From: Setoptus koraiensis
Taxonomy: Eukaryota > Animalia > Arthropoda
Reading direction: 5' to 3'
DNA: 64,000 nt
Assembly (NCBI GenBank): GCA_048013815.1
Contig: CM106585.1
Coordinates: 21,886,001-21,950,000 of the forward strand
Shown here: positions 47,859 through 59,644 of the stretch, in pieces
Layout: every line of letters starts with the position of its first letter
Position numbering within the stretch: position 1 is the first letter of the stretch
The notes under the pieces: generated by a model
The model's input: the letters and a program-made list of their open reading frames with translations, nothing else
What the model was told of the DNA's origin: nothing
Databases searched by the model: none
Program-made: the position numbers and the translations under genes

Positions 47859-50858
47859 ATGGATCCATCTATGAGATTTGCATCGCAGGAGTCTATGAGC
47901 CTATTAGACACTTGCGATGACGACGACATAGCAACTAGAACACAAAATAGCGAATTCAGTTTGGGTGATTTTTGTACTCAACAATCAGGTTTTCAACAAT
48001 TCAGTTTGACGCCTCTCATATCGTCTTCATCGGTGAGCGTATTAGCCCCACCCGCTCCTATTGTGCAAAATACTAGCCACAACAATCAGCGACACGGAGC
48101 AAACCAGACATTACCCGAACATGCTTGTTTGTACTGTGGTGTCTATGATCCAGGATGTGTAGCTCAATGCTCAGCATGCAAGCGATGGTTTTGCAATGGA
48201 CGTGGAAACACCTCTGGCAGTCACATTGTCAATCATCTCATCCGCGCTAAACATAAAGAGGTGACTCTGCACAAGGATGGACCTCTTGGCGAGACGGTCC
48301 TAGAATGCTATTCTTGTGGATCTAAGAATATATTCATCCTCGGTTTCATACCGGCCAAGATTGATTCTGTTGTCGTCCTATTATGCCGTCAGCCCTGTGC
48401 GCCACAAACAAGCACTATCAACGATATGAATTGTGATCCAGAACAATGGAAACCTCTGATAAGTGACAGATGTCTATTACCATGGCTTGTTCGTGCACCT
48501 ACTGAGCATGAACAGTCCATAGCAAGACCGATCACGGGGCAACAAATTAACAAGTTAGAAGATATTTGGAAAGATGAAAATATCGACGCAACTTTTCAAG
48601 ACATCGATAATCCAAGTCAGAGTGACCAAACTATTGAAAATGTCCAACTAAGATATGATAACTCTAGCCAATATCAAGAGATTTTCGGACCTTTGGTCAA
48701 AATGGAATCAGAGTACGATAAAAAGTTGAAAGAATCAAGAAATCAGGATAATATCAATGTCAGGTGGGATATTGGACTCAACAAGAAAATAATCGCATAT
48801 TTCAACATTGCGCGGTCCGATAGTGACATGCGACTGATGCATGGAGATGAGCTACGATTACATCTCAACCTTGACCAAGGTCTTTCAACTGCTCGGACTT
48901 GGTCGGGAGTTGGTCATGTCATTAAGATACCTGACAACTACAGCGAGGATGTTGGTATAGAGATGAAATCTAATATTGGCGCACCTACTGATAAAACTTG
49001 TGGATTTATTGTTGACTTTGTTTGGAAATCGACATCATTCGACAGAATGCAACAAGCACTAAAAAAATTCGTCAATGAAGATTGTGGCTCCGTATCACCA
49101 TCTATATTCAATCGTTTGCTTGGTAGAAACGTTGATGAGGACACCATGATAACTTGCTCTTTGCCTAAGCAGTTCACGGCCCAGAATTTGCCTGATCTGA
49201 ACAAGTCTCAGGTTGCAGCTATAAAGCATGCTCTACAGCGTCCGTTGTCTTTGATTCAAGGACCTCCGGGTACAGGAAAAACTGTGACATCAGCGACCAT
49301 TGTTTATCATTTGTGCAAGACCAGTAGCACACCTGTGCTCGTTTGTGCACCTAGTAACATAGCGGTGGACCAGCTAACTGAAAAAATACACCAAACTGGT
49401 CTGAAAGTTGTGAGACTTTGCGCCAAAAGTCGAGAAGCCATTAGTTCACCTGTTTCGTTTTTGGCATTGCACAATCAGATTCGGAATATGGAAGGGCACT
49501 CTGAGTTACATAAATTACAGCAACTTAAAGATGAAACTGGTGAACTATCATCTCAAGATGAGAAGCGCTACAGAACATTGAAAAAAGCTAGTGAAAGGGA
49601 ACTGCTCAAGGGCGCTGATGTCATTTGTTGCACATGTGTAGGTGCTGGTGATCCTCGTCTATCGACAAGGTTCCGTTTCCAATCAGTTTTGATAGATGAA
49701 AGTATGCAAGCAACCGAGCCTGAATGTATGGTTCCCGTAGTTCTTGGAGCTAAACAGCTGATTCTCGTAGGTGATCATTGTCAACTAGGACCTGTAGTTA
49801 TGTGCAAAAAAGCTGCTAAAGCCGGCTTGTCTCAATCACTATTTGAAAGATTGGTCTTACTTGGTATACGACCTCTGCGATTGGAAGTTCAATATCGTAT
49901 GCATCCAGCATTAAGCAGATTTCCATCAGATTTTTTCTATGAAGGCTCTCTTCAAAATGGTGTTAATTCCTCCGAAAGAGAGATGCAAAATACAGACTTT
50001 CCATGGCCCCAGCCAGATAAACCGATGTTTTTCTATTGTTGTCAAGGCCAAGAAGAGATTGCAGGATCAGGAACATCGTATCTAAACAGAACAGAGGCAG
50101 CTTATGTGGAGCGTATTACGACAAGATTTTTGAAGTCGGGTGTGAAACCTGAACAAATCGGCATAATTACCCCTTATGAAGGCCAGCGTGCTTATTTGGT
50201 ACAATACATGCAATACAATGGCTCACTTCATGCTAAATTGTACCAAGAGATAGAGGTTGCTAGTGTAGACGCTTTTCAAGGACGAGAGAAAGACCTCATA
50301 ATTATGTCATGTGTCCGCTCAAATGAGCACCAAGGCATAGGATTCTTGAATGATCCGAGACGTCTAAATGTCGCACTTACCAGGGCTAAATATGGTATTA
50401 TAACTGTCGGCAATCCCAAAGTGCTTAGTAAGCATGCTCTTTGGAATCATCTCTTGACTTATTATAAGGAGAACCGTGTGTTAGTGGAGGGTCCGCTCAA
50501 CAATCTTAAAGAGAGTCTAATACAATTCAGCAAGGTTCACAAGAAAAATCCAATGCCGTCAATGTCGGCTTTCATGATGACAAGACAGTCTAATACAAAT
50601 AATGGAACGAGTAGCGGACCGGGCAACTCTGCTAGAAATCAGCTTGATGGGGCTTCGACCTCTTTCAGAATGATACCAACCCCTTTTGGTAATATTAGTG
50701 CGACACCATTTTCCAGTTTGCAAACGCATCCACAACAACAATTACAGCAGCAACAACAGTTACAACAACAGCAAAAATACCACCATCAACCATTATTGAA
50801 CCAGTTCCTGGTAAATACAAACCAATTTGGAACACATCCGCTCTTCGATTGGTACTAA
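47859..50858 (+). CDS. UPF1: Regulator of nonsense transcripts 1 (UPF1 RNA helicase), single exon, 999 aa
   Basis: CH zinc domain ([17 protein letters not shown]...[26 protein letters not shown]), Walker [48 protein letters not shown]. Confidence 0.98.
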   Translation: MDPSMRFASQESMSLLDTCDDDDIATRTQNSEFSLGDFCTQQSGFQQFSLTPLISSSSVSVLAPPAPIVQNTSHNNQRHGANQTLPEHACLYCGVYDPGCVAQCSACKRWFCNGRGNTSGSHIVNHLIRAKHKEVTLHKDGPLGETVLECYSCGSKNIFILGFIPAKIDSVVVLLCRQPCAPQTSTINDMNCDPEQWKPLISDRCLLPWLVRAPTEHEQSIARPITGQQINKLEDIWKDENIDATFQDIDNPSQSDQTIENVQLRYDNSSQYQEIFGPLVKMESEYDKKLKESRNQDNINVRWDIGLNKKIIAYFNIARSDSDMRLMHGDELRLHLNLDQGLSTARTWSGVGHVIKIPDNYSEDVGIEMKSNIGAPTDKTCGFIVDFVWKSTSFDRMQQALKKFVNEDCGSVSPSIFNRLLGRNVDEDTMITCSLPKQFTAQNLPDLNKSQVAAIKHALQRPLSLIQGPPGTGKTVTSATIVYHLCKTSSTPVLVCAPSNIAVDQLTEKIHQTGLKVVRLCAKSREAISSPVSFLALHNQIRNMEGHSELHKLQQLKDETGELSSQDEKRYRTLKKASERELLKGADVICCTCVGAGDPRLSTRFRFQSVLIDESMQATEPECMVPVVLGAKQLILVGDHCQLGPVVMCKKAAKAGLSQSLFERLVLLGIRPLRLEVQYRMHPALSRFPSDFFYEGSLQNGVNSSEREMQNTDFPWPQPDKPMFFYCCQGQEEIAGSGTSYLNRTEAAYVERITTRFLKSGVKPEQIGIITPYEGQRAYLVQYMQYNGSLHAKLYQEIEVASVDAFQGREKDLIIMSCVRSNEHQGIGFLNDPRRLNVALTRAKYGIITVGNPKVLSKHALWNHLLTYYKENRVLVEGPLNNLKESLIQFSKVHKKNPMPSMSAFMMTRQSNTNNGTSSGPGNSARNQLDGASTSFRMIPTPFGNISATPFSSLQTHPQQQLQQQQQLQQQQKYHHQPLLNQFLVNTNQFGTHPLFDWY

Positions 50859-53800
50859 AGGTCGTCCCAATACAAAAAAAACTTCAGAATTTCTCTGGGC
50901 TTGACTAAAAGAGAGTATTTTGAACAGATAACGGCAAGATATGTCACCAGAACTTCCGACTATTGTCTAGTACTGGACGTAATGAATTCACCTTTTCAAA
51001 TTTTTCATGCAATCTTCTCCACGAGCAACGGCTCTATGGATTTAGATCAGAATTGGATTTTCTTATGTGCATTGTCAATTGCTTTTGCCCGCACAAAGAA
51101 AATCAACTCGGTAAGCGGAAATGAATTGGCATAATCAGTAGACTATTTACTACGGACTGTTACATCGACAGAAAGATTGTATTGATTCTGGTAGGCGGTC
51201 TGGGAGCTGGAAATTATCACCATCATTGGATAATCTATTTTGAGGCTATAGGTGGCGACAGAAGTAATTCATGAAGCATTCGGCCTACTATGATTGTTTG
51301 TATTTGTGTGTATTGTGTTGCAAGCAACCTATCTATAGAGCATCATCAGCAAACTCACGACAGATCAATATCATGCCGCTCGTCTACTTCACTAAAAACG
51401 AAAAACCTAGCAAGCAATCGAGCATTGCTCATCCGTAGCTTGATGTCAGTTGTTGTTTGAGACGAAACTGTAACTGAAAACGCAGCAGCAAATAATATTA
51501 TTTGTATTTGAAAGCATCGGCCATAAAGTCAATACCATACATCACCATTCTATTCTATGAGCACCGTATACAATATCATGATTCTATTTGAACCATAATG
51601 ATGTTGAAATCACCAACATTACTCAATCAACTATCAGAAACAATCAGCGCGCATGTGTAATAACTTTTTGGAGGCAAAGTTAGTTTCCATTCAGACACAC
51701 ACACACACACTCAAACAATTTCATCAACAAGTGTGTGATGATGATGTTTACGATGGTGAATTTTCACCAATGCTCATCTCTATTTGATGACTGCTGAATG
51801 TAATGGGATATTGTTGTTTGTTGATTCCTACAGACACCCATGCAACCTCTTCCAGCAACAATCTGATGAAAAGGGGAGATATTTCTGTAATAAAATTATA
51901 ACTTAGGCTGCCACTACTACCACCACCACGGCATCATGATGATAACAGAGCAGGCAACGAGGAAAAATCCAGCACACAAATCAACAAACACATTCTAGCT
52001 TGTGCGAATCAATCTGAACCATCCATCAATGGCCACTCGTTGAAAAGTAGATGAAAACTGCACAAACAAAACCACTAGCGTGCATTGGAGAAAAAGAGAG
52101 AGAGATATATATATATATACAAAAACAAATAGACCGACTAGAGTAGGGAGATAGGAACATTGATTCACCTGTTCGACAACAATCATCAATACCATCGTTG
52201 CTGGTGCGGCCTTCGCTGTTGCCGCTGTTAATTGGCCATATATACATGCGAAATAGGCAACAGAGTAGTGTAGTTTAGAGTTATAAAGTGAAGTTGTTGT
52301 TTGTCCGTTGCTAGAATTGGTACTATTAGGCAACTTATTGTGTGTGTAATAAAGGCAACTACTGTAACCACCAGCACCACCACCAATCAAAAGTCATCAG
52401 CATCAACAAACAAAACTTATATTATTATCACTATAAAGAGGGCAGTAACAACAATAACCTCAAGCAGCTCATACTCTTTGTTCAGACAGCTCAACTAATG
52501 TGAGCTGCCTTAATGCTGTTTATACACACCATCACAATTGACTTAATTAGTTGTAGTGGTGGTAGTGGTGGTAGTGGTGGTTGTTGTTGTTGTTGACCGC
52601 TGCTGTTGGGTGATAAACTGCCCAATTCGATGGATGCTTGACTAATCAGTTGCACACTTTGTTTGTTGTTCTTGTTTTAAGTATACTTTTGTGCGTTTCT
52701 AACTAGCCATTGCTCACACTGGGACCATGCTGGTGGCAGTGGGATAGATGAATGTTGTAGAACAATTGTTAACAAAAGAAAAATTAAGATACTAACAATA
52801 AGTGTATAGAATTACCGCAATTGCACAATAAATAGCCACAATTCTATAATTCAAGCTCAACTCTGAAGGGGGCTACACATGGCTATATCTCGAAATGCAC
52901 ACACATCAAACTATGGGGCTGGAACATGTTTCGAATCATTGCAACTAATAATGATATTGATTGCTGAATAAACAACAACAACGCCGACGTAAACACAACA
53001 GCATGTCTGACTGATTAGTGTCTGATTGATTCAGACAACATTGTCTATTTATTTGAGTGGCTCAGAAGCAAACAAATACAATACTACCAGGCAACAGGCA
53101 GTAGGCTCAGAGGCGCTTGTTATTGGCATCAGCGACCGACAAAACTCATCGGGCTTCTTGTTACCTGGTCACATCTCATGAGCGACTTTATCAAGCCGCT
53201 TTGAGTAGGATAGTTGGTGTGCGAGCTCAGGTGAGCTCAGGTGAGCTGACAGGCTTACGCCCACATTGTACGGAGTGTGACGATCGGAGAGAGAGAGAGC
53301 GATATTCGGTCTTTGAAATGATGATGACTGTTTGCTTGTTCCTGTTTGTTGTTGTGTCCCAATTGTGTAGACGCACTGGATAAATGCAGAGAAACGTCGT
53401 TTGTGCATGCGGCCCAGATGAAAGCTTTGCAAGCGATCGCATCTAGTTAGTTAGTTTGGATACTATACTTGATAATTGTGTTAGTTCTCACTACATATTC
53501 ATATATAGTTATATCTGGCAGCTACGGAATCCGTTGCGCGTGATGCACAAATTAATAATAATATTTTTATCTCAATTTTGTTTCGATAATCTCGTGCGCG
53601 TTTCCCTTGTTTGCTTAGCTTTGATTTTGTTCAAAATAACGACAATACTTACAACAAATACGAGCTTGCACAATGCAACGCAGCTACACACTCACAAGCT
53701 ACACACCGGGCTAACTAAGGTAAGGTTGGCAAGTCGGCAACGAATTGATATAAGTGAGATGATGGAAAGAATGTGAGAATGTGTCGATAGGGGTGGTTGT

Positions 53801-55183
53801 GTGAGGGGCGGTTGTTGCAACAGGTAGTGGTAGTGGTAGTAGTCAACCTTGAAAACAATAGACACATGTGTTTCATTTCATTTTATTTCACTTATCCAGT
53901 CGGAGCTTGTTGTTGGCTTGAGGAGATTGGCGGCGCCAGTTGTCGCTTCCTTGATTGTTTCTAAATTCATTCGATAGTACCGGTACTAACTGATCATAAT
54001 GTATAGTTTAGGCACACTCGAGATCACACTAATCACAGTGTCATAGTCGCAAGTGCAGTTAGTGTGATTGTGTGTAAATTAACTAATAACTATCAGGGAT
54101 AAAAACAAAACAATCAATCAGTTGAAGGCGCTCGCTCGCTGACATAATCCGGCTACCAAGCTACCAAGCTACCCAGCCGCCCAGCCGCCCAGCCGCCACC
54201 CAGTATGACGCCCACGACATGATGTCAGCCGACGGTGGAGCATAATGATCGCTAATCATCGATGTGTGTTACGTATATTATTGACTAACGAGCTCTCTAA
54301 TTAATCTAACAAGACTTCACTTGTTACATTCGTGAATATTGCACTGCAATGCTGGAATTATCATGAATTGTTGAATAGAAGCCAGAGACAAGCATTGGAC
54401 AGATGTGTCTGTTGAGCGGATGAATACCTAAAATGTCAGTCTCAAGTCTCAATGATACACATAGTGAGTAGTACGATAGTAATTAGTTGGCACTCAAGTG
54501 ATTTGTCATTTGCAACAACACCAAAATCTACACATATCACACACAATTAATGGCACGTGCGCTTCATCTGCCTCTGCTGTGCTCTCTACCCTTTGCTCAC
54601 CTTGACGATTTCACCTGATCAATCTAGATTAAGTTTGATCAAGCCAAGTGTGCAATGTGCAAAGCGAGAATAATAATAAAATAAAATGAAACAACAAAAA
54701 GTGTGAAGAGAGCGCGATAAAAAAGAGCTGATTCCGTAGTGTGTGCTATCGACATGATATTGGCTCTTATGCAAGCGCGAGCGAAGGATATTGAAATCGG
54801 CGTTGGCTCCATCCAGCAGAGCAGAAAAACAAATCACCATTGGCATAATCCTTTCACCAGCACCAGCAACAATACCGACAACAACAACAACAACAACACC
54901 GACACCAACGACAACAACGTCGACACGTCGACTCGTTCGCAGCCAAACCAACTGACAGAGCTGCAAAAACGAGCGAGTTTACAAAAACACAGGTGAACAT
55001 TGGCAATCAGTTGCTTACAGTTGTTAGTTAGTTTTTTAGTGTGTTTGTACAAGCGCCTCCAGATATAAGAATCACTGACAACGTCTATTGTGAGTAGATC
55101 GCGCACACGGATCAAATGACACAAACTCGTGTCTTGCCAATGTCTTTTTACCGGTGCGTGTTGCATTCTTCTGTCATGTGGCC

Positions 55184-55242
55184 GCTTGTTGAAGCTGCTG
55201 TTTCAACTGGCATGGGTGCCAGTTGAAACAGCCATCACAAGC
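55184..55242. other. Perfect 16-bp inverted repeat / hairpin with extended stem
   Basis: GCTGTTTCAACTGGCA (55197-55212), a TGGG loop, TGCCAGTTGAAACAGC (55217-55232), plus outer TGA/TCA and GCTTG/CAAGC pairing. Confidence 0.8.
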
Positions 55243-55874
55243 CTTGTAATACAAGGTATGGCACACAACTGATCCACAGCCATGACAACAACGTAATCTG
55301 GGTATACTTGACTCAGGTCACATTTTACACGCGGGCATAAGTGGGGCATTATTGTTTTGGTCGTTTTTTCTTTTGAACCTTGCCAAATGGCCAATTGCAG
55401 TGGACAATCCAGAGGAGATTAATGTTGCTAAAAGAAGCAAAAAACAAACGCATAAATGGCGTAATAACGTTCATTTGTTTGCGACCGTTCAACTCTTCGA
55501 GATGTGCCACTACAATACCCCACTTATACCCAAATCTGGCACTCAAGTATCTGGCTTACCTTGTGCACGTTGCCAATTTGAATATCCACACGAGAACTAA
55601 AAAACTAACAAGTAAGTTGTAAGGCAATGTTGGCAACACGTTGTTAGTTGTTCAGGTGTGTTCACCTGTGTTTTTTAAGCTTGATCGTTTTTGTAGATTA
55701 GTTAGTTTGAGGCTGTGAACGAGTCAATTATGAGTTGTTTTTGTTGTCATTGGTGAAAGGATTACGCCAATAGTAATTTGTTTTTCTGCTGTCAATTGGT
55801 GTCTATGTACTTGCATTATTTACTTTTGCATGATGACATTGGCGTGGGCCATCTGACCGATAGATTAGCAGCTC

Positions 55875-55934
55875 ACTGTCACTAGACTGTCACTAGACGC
55901 AAGTATCAGCTGGCTGCGACAGTCTAGTGACAGT
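55875..55934. other. Perfect 17-bp inverted repeat / hairpin
   Basis: ACTGTCACTAGACTGTC (55875-55891) is the exact reverse complement of 55918-55934; 26-nt spacer. Confidence 0.85.
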
Positions 55935-56857
55935 TGCGTCTGTTGACGGTTTTAGCTGGACGTGAGCGAATTAGTAATTGATAAGCAATCACGTGTTGGC
56001 GGCCTTGCACTTGTTGCATAGTGTCACTTGCTGTTGCTCGCCGTTACTTACTGTTGCCGGCCAAACATTCGAGCGACTTGTCGTTGTTGTCACTTCCTGT
56101 TTCCGATACCAACTTGTATATAAATACATACACATAAATATATGTGTGTATGTTGTGCGTTGTCAAGTGAACTTGTCAGATGCGACCATAAATCAGACAA
56201 TGCAATTAGGGCCACTTCCAGTATGGTACACATTATATAGTAATTATTGTAATGGTCACAATACAGCCAGTATCATGACTTGTGGCCATGTTACAACGGC
56301 CACAACACAACTGCCAATTAAGTGATGGTGCAGTGGTCAGTGGCATTTCTGCATGCTTTGCATGTATGTTGTCGGTTGTTTGTCGGTTGTTTGCTGGTTG
56401 CCGGTTGTTTGTCGGTTGCCGGTTGTTTGCCGGTTGTGTCAGTGAAGGACAAACAACAAAAAACGTGCACAACAGATAGCACTAGCTCAATACAGCGACA
56501 ACAGCAACAACAACCACAACAACAATAACAATACCAACACCAACAACAACAACAACCGCAACAGCAACAACCACAACAATTACCTGTGACGGTTGTCGTT
56601 GTAAATGTTAAATATTAGTCTAAATTAAGAGAGCGACGCATACACCTGCTGACTGGTGGCCAGTGGACACGGCTGACACTTGTACTTGTACAATGAGCTG
56701 TACAAATTGAAGGTTGCCACCATCTAGAGCATGATTGGCTCGCTCTTGTAACAGTCAGTGTGTGTGTGCAACTTGCATTGTTGCGCAACACACCGTTATT
56801 CACCGTTATGTTGTTTACCTGTTACATGTAAGCGAGCAGGTATCAGGTAGCCGTTGT

Positions 56858-56910
56858 GCTGGTAACTGTGTAGTCCGGTAACTGTGTAGTCTGGTAACTG
56901 TGTAGCTGGC
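56858..56910. repeat. 16-bp tandem repeat x3
   Basis: Units of CTGGTAACTGTGTAGT and variants. Confidence 0.8.
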
Positions 56911-57083
56911 CAAAGGTGACTCAACAGTGATGGCTCAACGATGACCAAAGAGAGACCAACTCTGGACAGTGCACGCTCGAATTTAAGTGAATTTCGGATT
57001 GCCTGACACTGACATTGGCCCAAATCGATGAACCAACAGACCGATGCTGACACTTGTTTGCTCTTGTTGGCTCTTTTGGCTAC

Positions 57084-57126
57084 CAGCCCAAAGCCCAAAG
57101 CCCAAAGCCCAAAGCCCAGAGCCCAA
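57084..57126. repeat. (AGCCCAA)n heptamer repeat
   Basis: About six units directly visible. Confidence 0.8.
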
Positions 57127-59593
57127 AGCTCGAAGCTTAAGCTGTAAGCTCGTAAGCCAGCCTAACGTTGATAACGTTGATAACATTGATAACATGGTGC
57201 GTGTGTAATGATACACCTAGCGTGATTAAAGCGAGATAGAGATTAGATATGGAGATAACAAGACAAGGTGATATATGATTATCCGTGTCGTGTGCGCTTG
57301 CCATTTATTATCGTATATTAAGCACGCTTATTATACGACTCATTCATGAATGACCACTCACTTTGTTTGTGCTGCCTACTCGCTGCTCACTACGTACACT
57401 CACCGTTCACTAGTGACACTCACGTGAAACGTCAAGCCAGCCAACTGTCAAGCAAATGAATCACCTGTTGCCTGTGTATGGGTGGTCCCGTCAATGAACG
57501 TTCAAGCCACCACAACAGAAACACGTAACAAAGTGGCCACAAATGATGCAAGCCGGCTCTTGCTTATACGGCAACAACGGTTGTTGTTGCGTAACCGTTG
57601 CAACTCGTTACCCGTTTCCCGTTACTCGTTACTCGTTACGACAGGCATGCAATAGCCATTGTTTTGTTGGCTCGCTCTTTGCCGTCTCTCGTTGCTGCTC
57701 TCTCTCTCTCTCTGCCCGTCTGTCTCACTAGTTGCCGGTCTCGCCACTAGTCGTCGGTCTGGCCACTAGTCGCCAGTCCCATAGCTGCTCGCATAGCCAG
57801 TCCTAGTAGCCGGCCTCGCCGCCAGCCTCGCCGCCAGTCGCGCCGCCACAGTCGGTCGGCCGCCATTATGCCGTTATTATAATGCCTGGCCAAGGTGAAT
57901 ACACAAGCGCACACAATAACTACGAGCCACTATAAGCTGATTGCTCGTTTTGTTGCGTAACAGCAGCCACCGACAAGCGCACTTTCGCTCTCTTTTGAGC
58001 CCCGTTGGCTGCCGTTATCCGGCGCTACCCGCTCGCCTGGCCCAGTCACTGGTCGCCTAGCCGAGCCACTGCTCACCTGGCCGAGTCGCCCCGAGTTGCA
58101 CTGGCCGTCGGTTGGGCAGTTAATGAATGTGGCCGGGTTTTAATTTGCATTTATGCTCTCTCATTAGTGTATTGTACCTACTGTGGCTGCTGTTGCTGCC
58201 GGTGTCTTTGTTGATATTTGTATTTATGTGCGCTGTTTGTTTGGTTCGCGGCGGCCGATGCCGTGCTCCGTGCCCATTTGCGAGCGCCACAGACCGACCG
58301 GCCCGCTGGCTCGATCTCTTGGAATGCATCGGATTGCCCGGATAGGCCAGCCAGTTGCATTTCGATTGTATCCAAGTGGCTGGCTGGCCGGCTCGACTCG
58401 GACGGCGACTCCCTTATCACTTTTCATTAGTCGCCCTTTGCCACTTGCCACTCGCCACTCGCAATGCCAGTGATCGCCGGTCGCCCGTCTGATCCGATTA
58501 CAGATCAAACCGGATGAGCCGGCCAGCTGACCGGGCTGGCAGGCAACAAGTTGGCGCTGGTCAGCTCACGGGTCGGCCAGTGAACGTACGTGATAGGTGT
58601 ACAACAGTTATTATATAACTACTTAGGGCACTAGTTAGTTAGTTAGCGACGTGGCCAAAAGTGCAATGTGAGCACACGAGATACCAACACAAAACAGCAC
58701 ACAAAACAGCACAAACAAATAGCCAGACAGACAAATATCAAGCCCAACAAATTCAATTCATTCATATTCAATAAACAACAGCAACATAACATTTACACAG
58801 CTATAATCACAAGTATTCACAACTGTTCACAACTATTCTCAGGTATTCCCAGGTATTCTCAGGTATGTTAGTCAGAGAGTCAGCGAGTGAGCGAGTCAGT
58901 GAGTCAGTTAGTCGGTTAGTCAGTTGGTTAGTTGGCTAGTTTGCTAGTTGGACACACGCACTTGCACTTGTTAGTGCGACACCATCAGCTGTTGTTGTTG
59001 TTGTTGTTGTTGCTGTTTGCTAATTGATATGTTACGTAATATAAGTGTGCAATTGCGCTTTGATTGATGGTCGCGCGCCCGCTCACTGGCAAGCTCACTG
59101 ACAGTGCAACCACTGGCCAGACTGACACTTGTAACTTGCAAGTTGTAAGTTGCAAGTTGTAACTTACAAGTTGTAAGGCGACTCGCAGGCAACAGCAGCC
59201 AGCGACACATAGGCACCGTCCATCTGACCTGTTGCTGGCTGCAATTGATTGCGGCAGCAATAATACCATCACTGGCAATTCACATTTAAATGTAAATTTG
59301 AATTTTGATTTAAATTAAAATGCTATTCCGTCTAACAATCCATTCACAGCCATTCAGGCGCCGTCCGGGTATCTGGCGGTCAACTGTGCCAGCCGCACTC
59401 CCACCGTCGACACCCGCACCGTCGACAGTCCGACCGCTGATACCCGACCGTTGATACTGTGAATAGCACAGATCAGCACGGCGCTAGCTGCGCCGATTTT
59501 TGGGCCGACACCGGGCCAGTTATATGTCACAATTATACACATGTATGCAACAATTATGTAATGCGTTTGCGCACGTAGCTGCGCGTTTATCAA

Positions 59594-59644
59594 CAGGTGA
59601 GACAGGCGAGACAGGTGAGACAGGTGAGTAGTCGAGCAGGTGAG
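59594..59644 (+). promoter_or_regulatory. Homotypic cluster of CAGGTG E-boxes
   Basis: Four CAGGTG plus one CAGGCG in 51 bp, partly on a 9-bp period. Confidence 0.45.

Noticed and set aside
50901-52390. Short ORFs and possible micro-exons downstream of UPF1
   Set aside because: No SQ-rich UPF1 extension and no phase-consistent gene model.
54023-54069. 10-bp inverted repeat; similar short stems at 61075, 61612 and 62847
   Set aside because: Too short or too interrupted to call a structured RNA.
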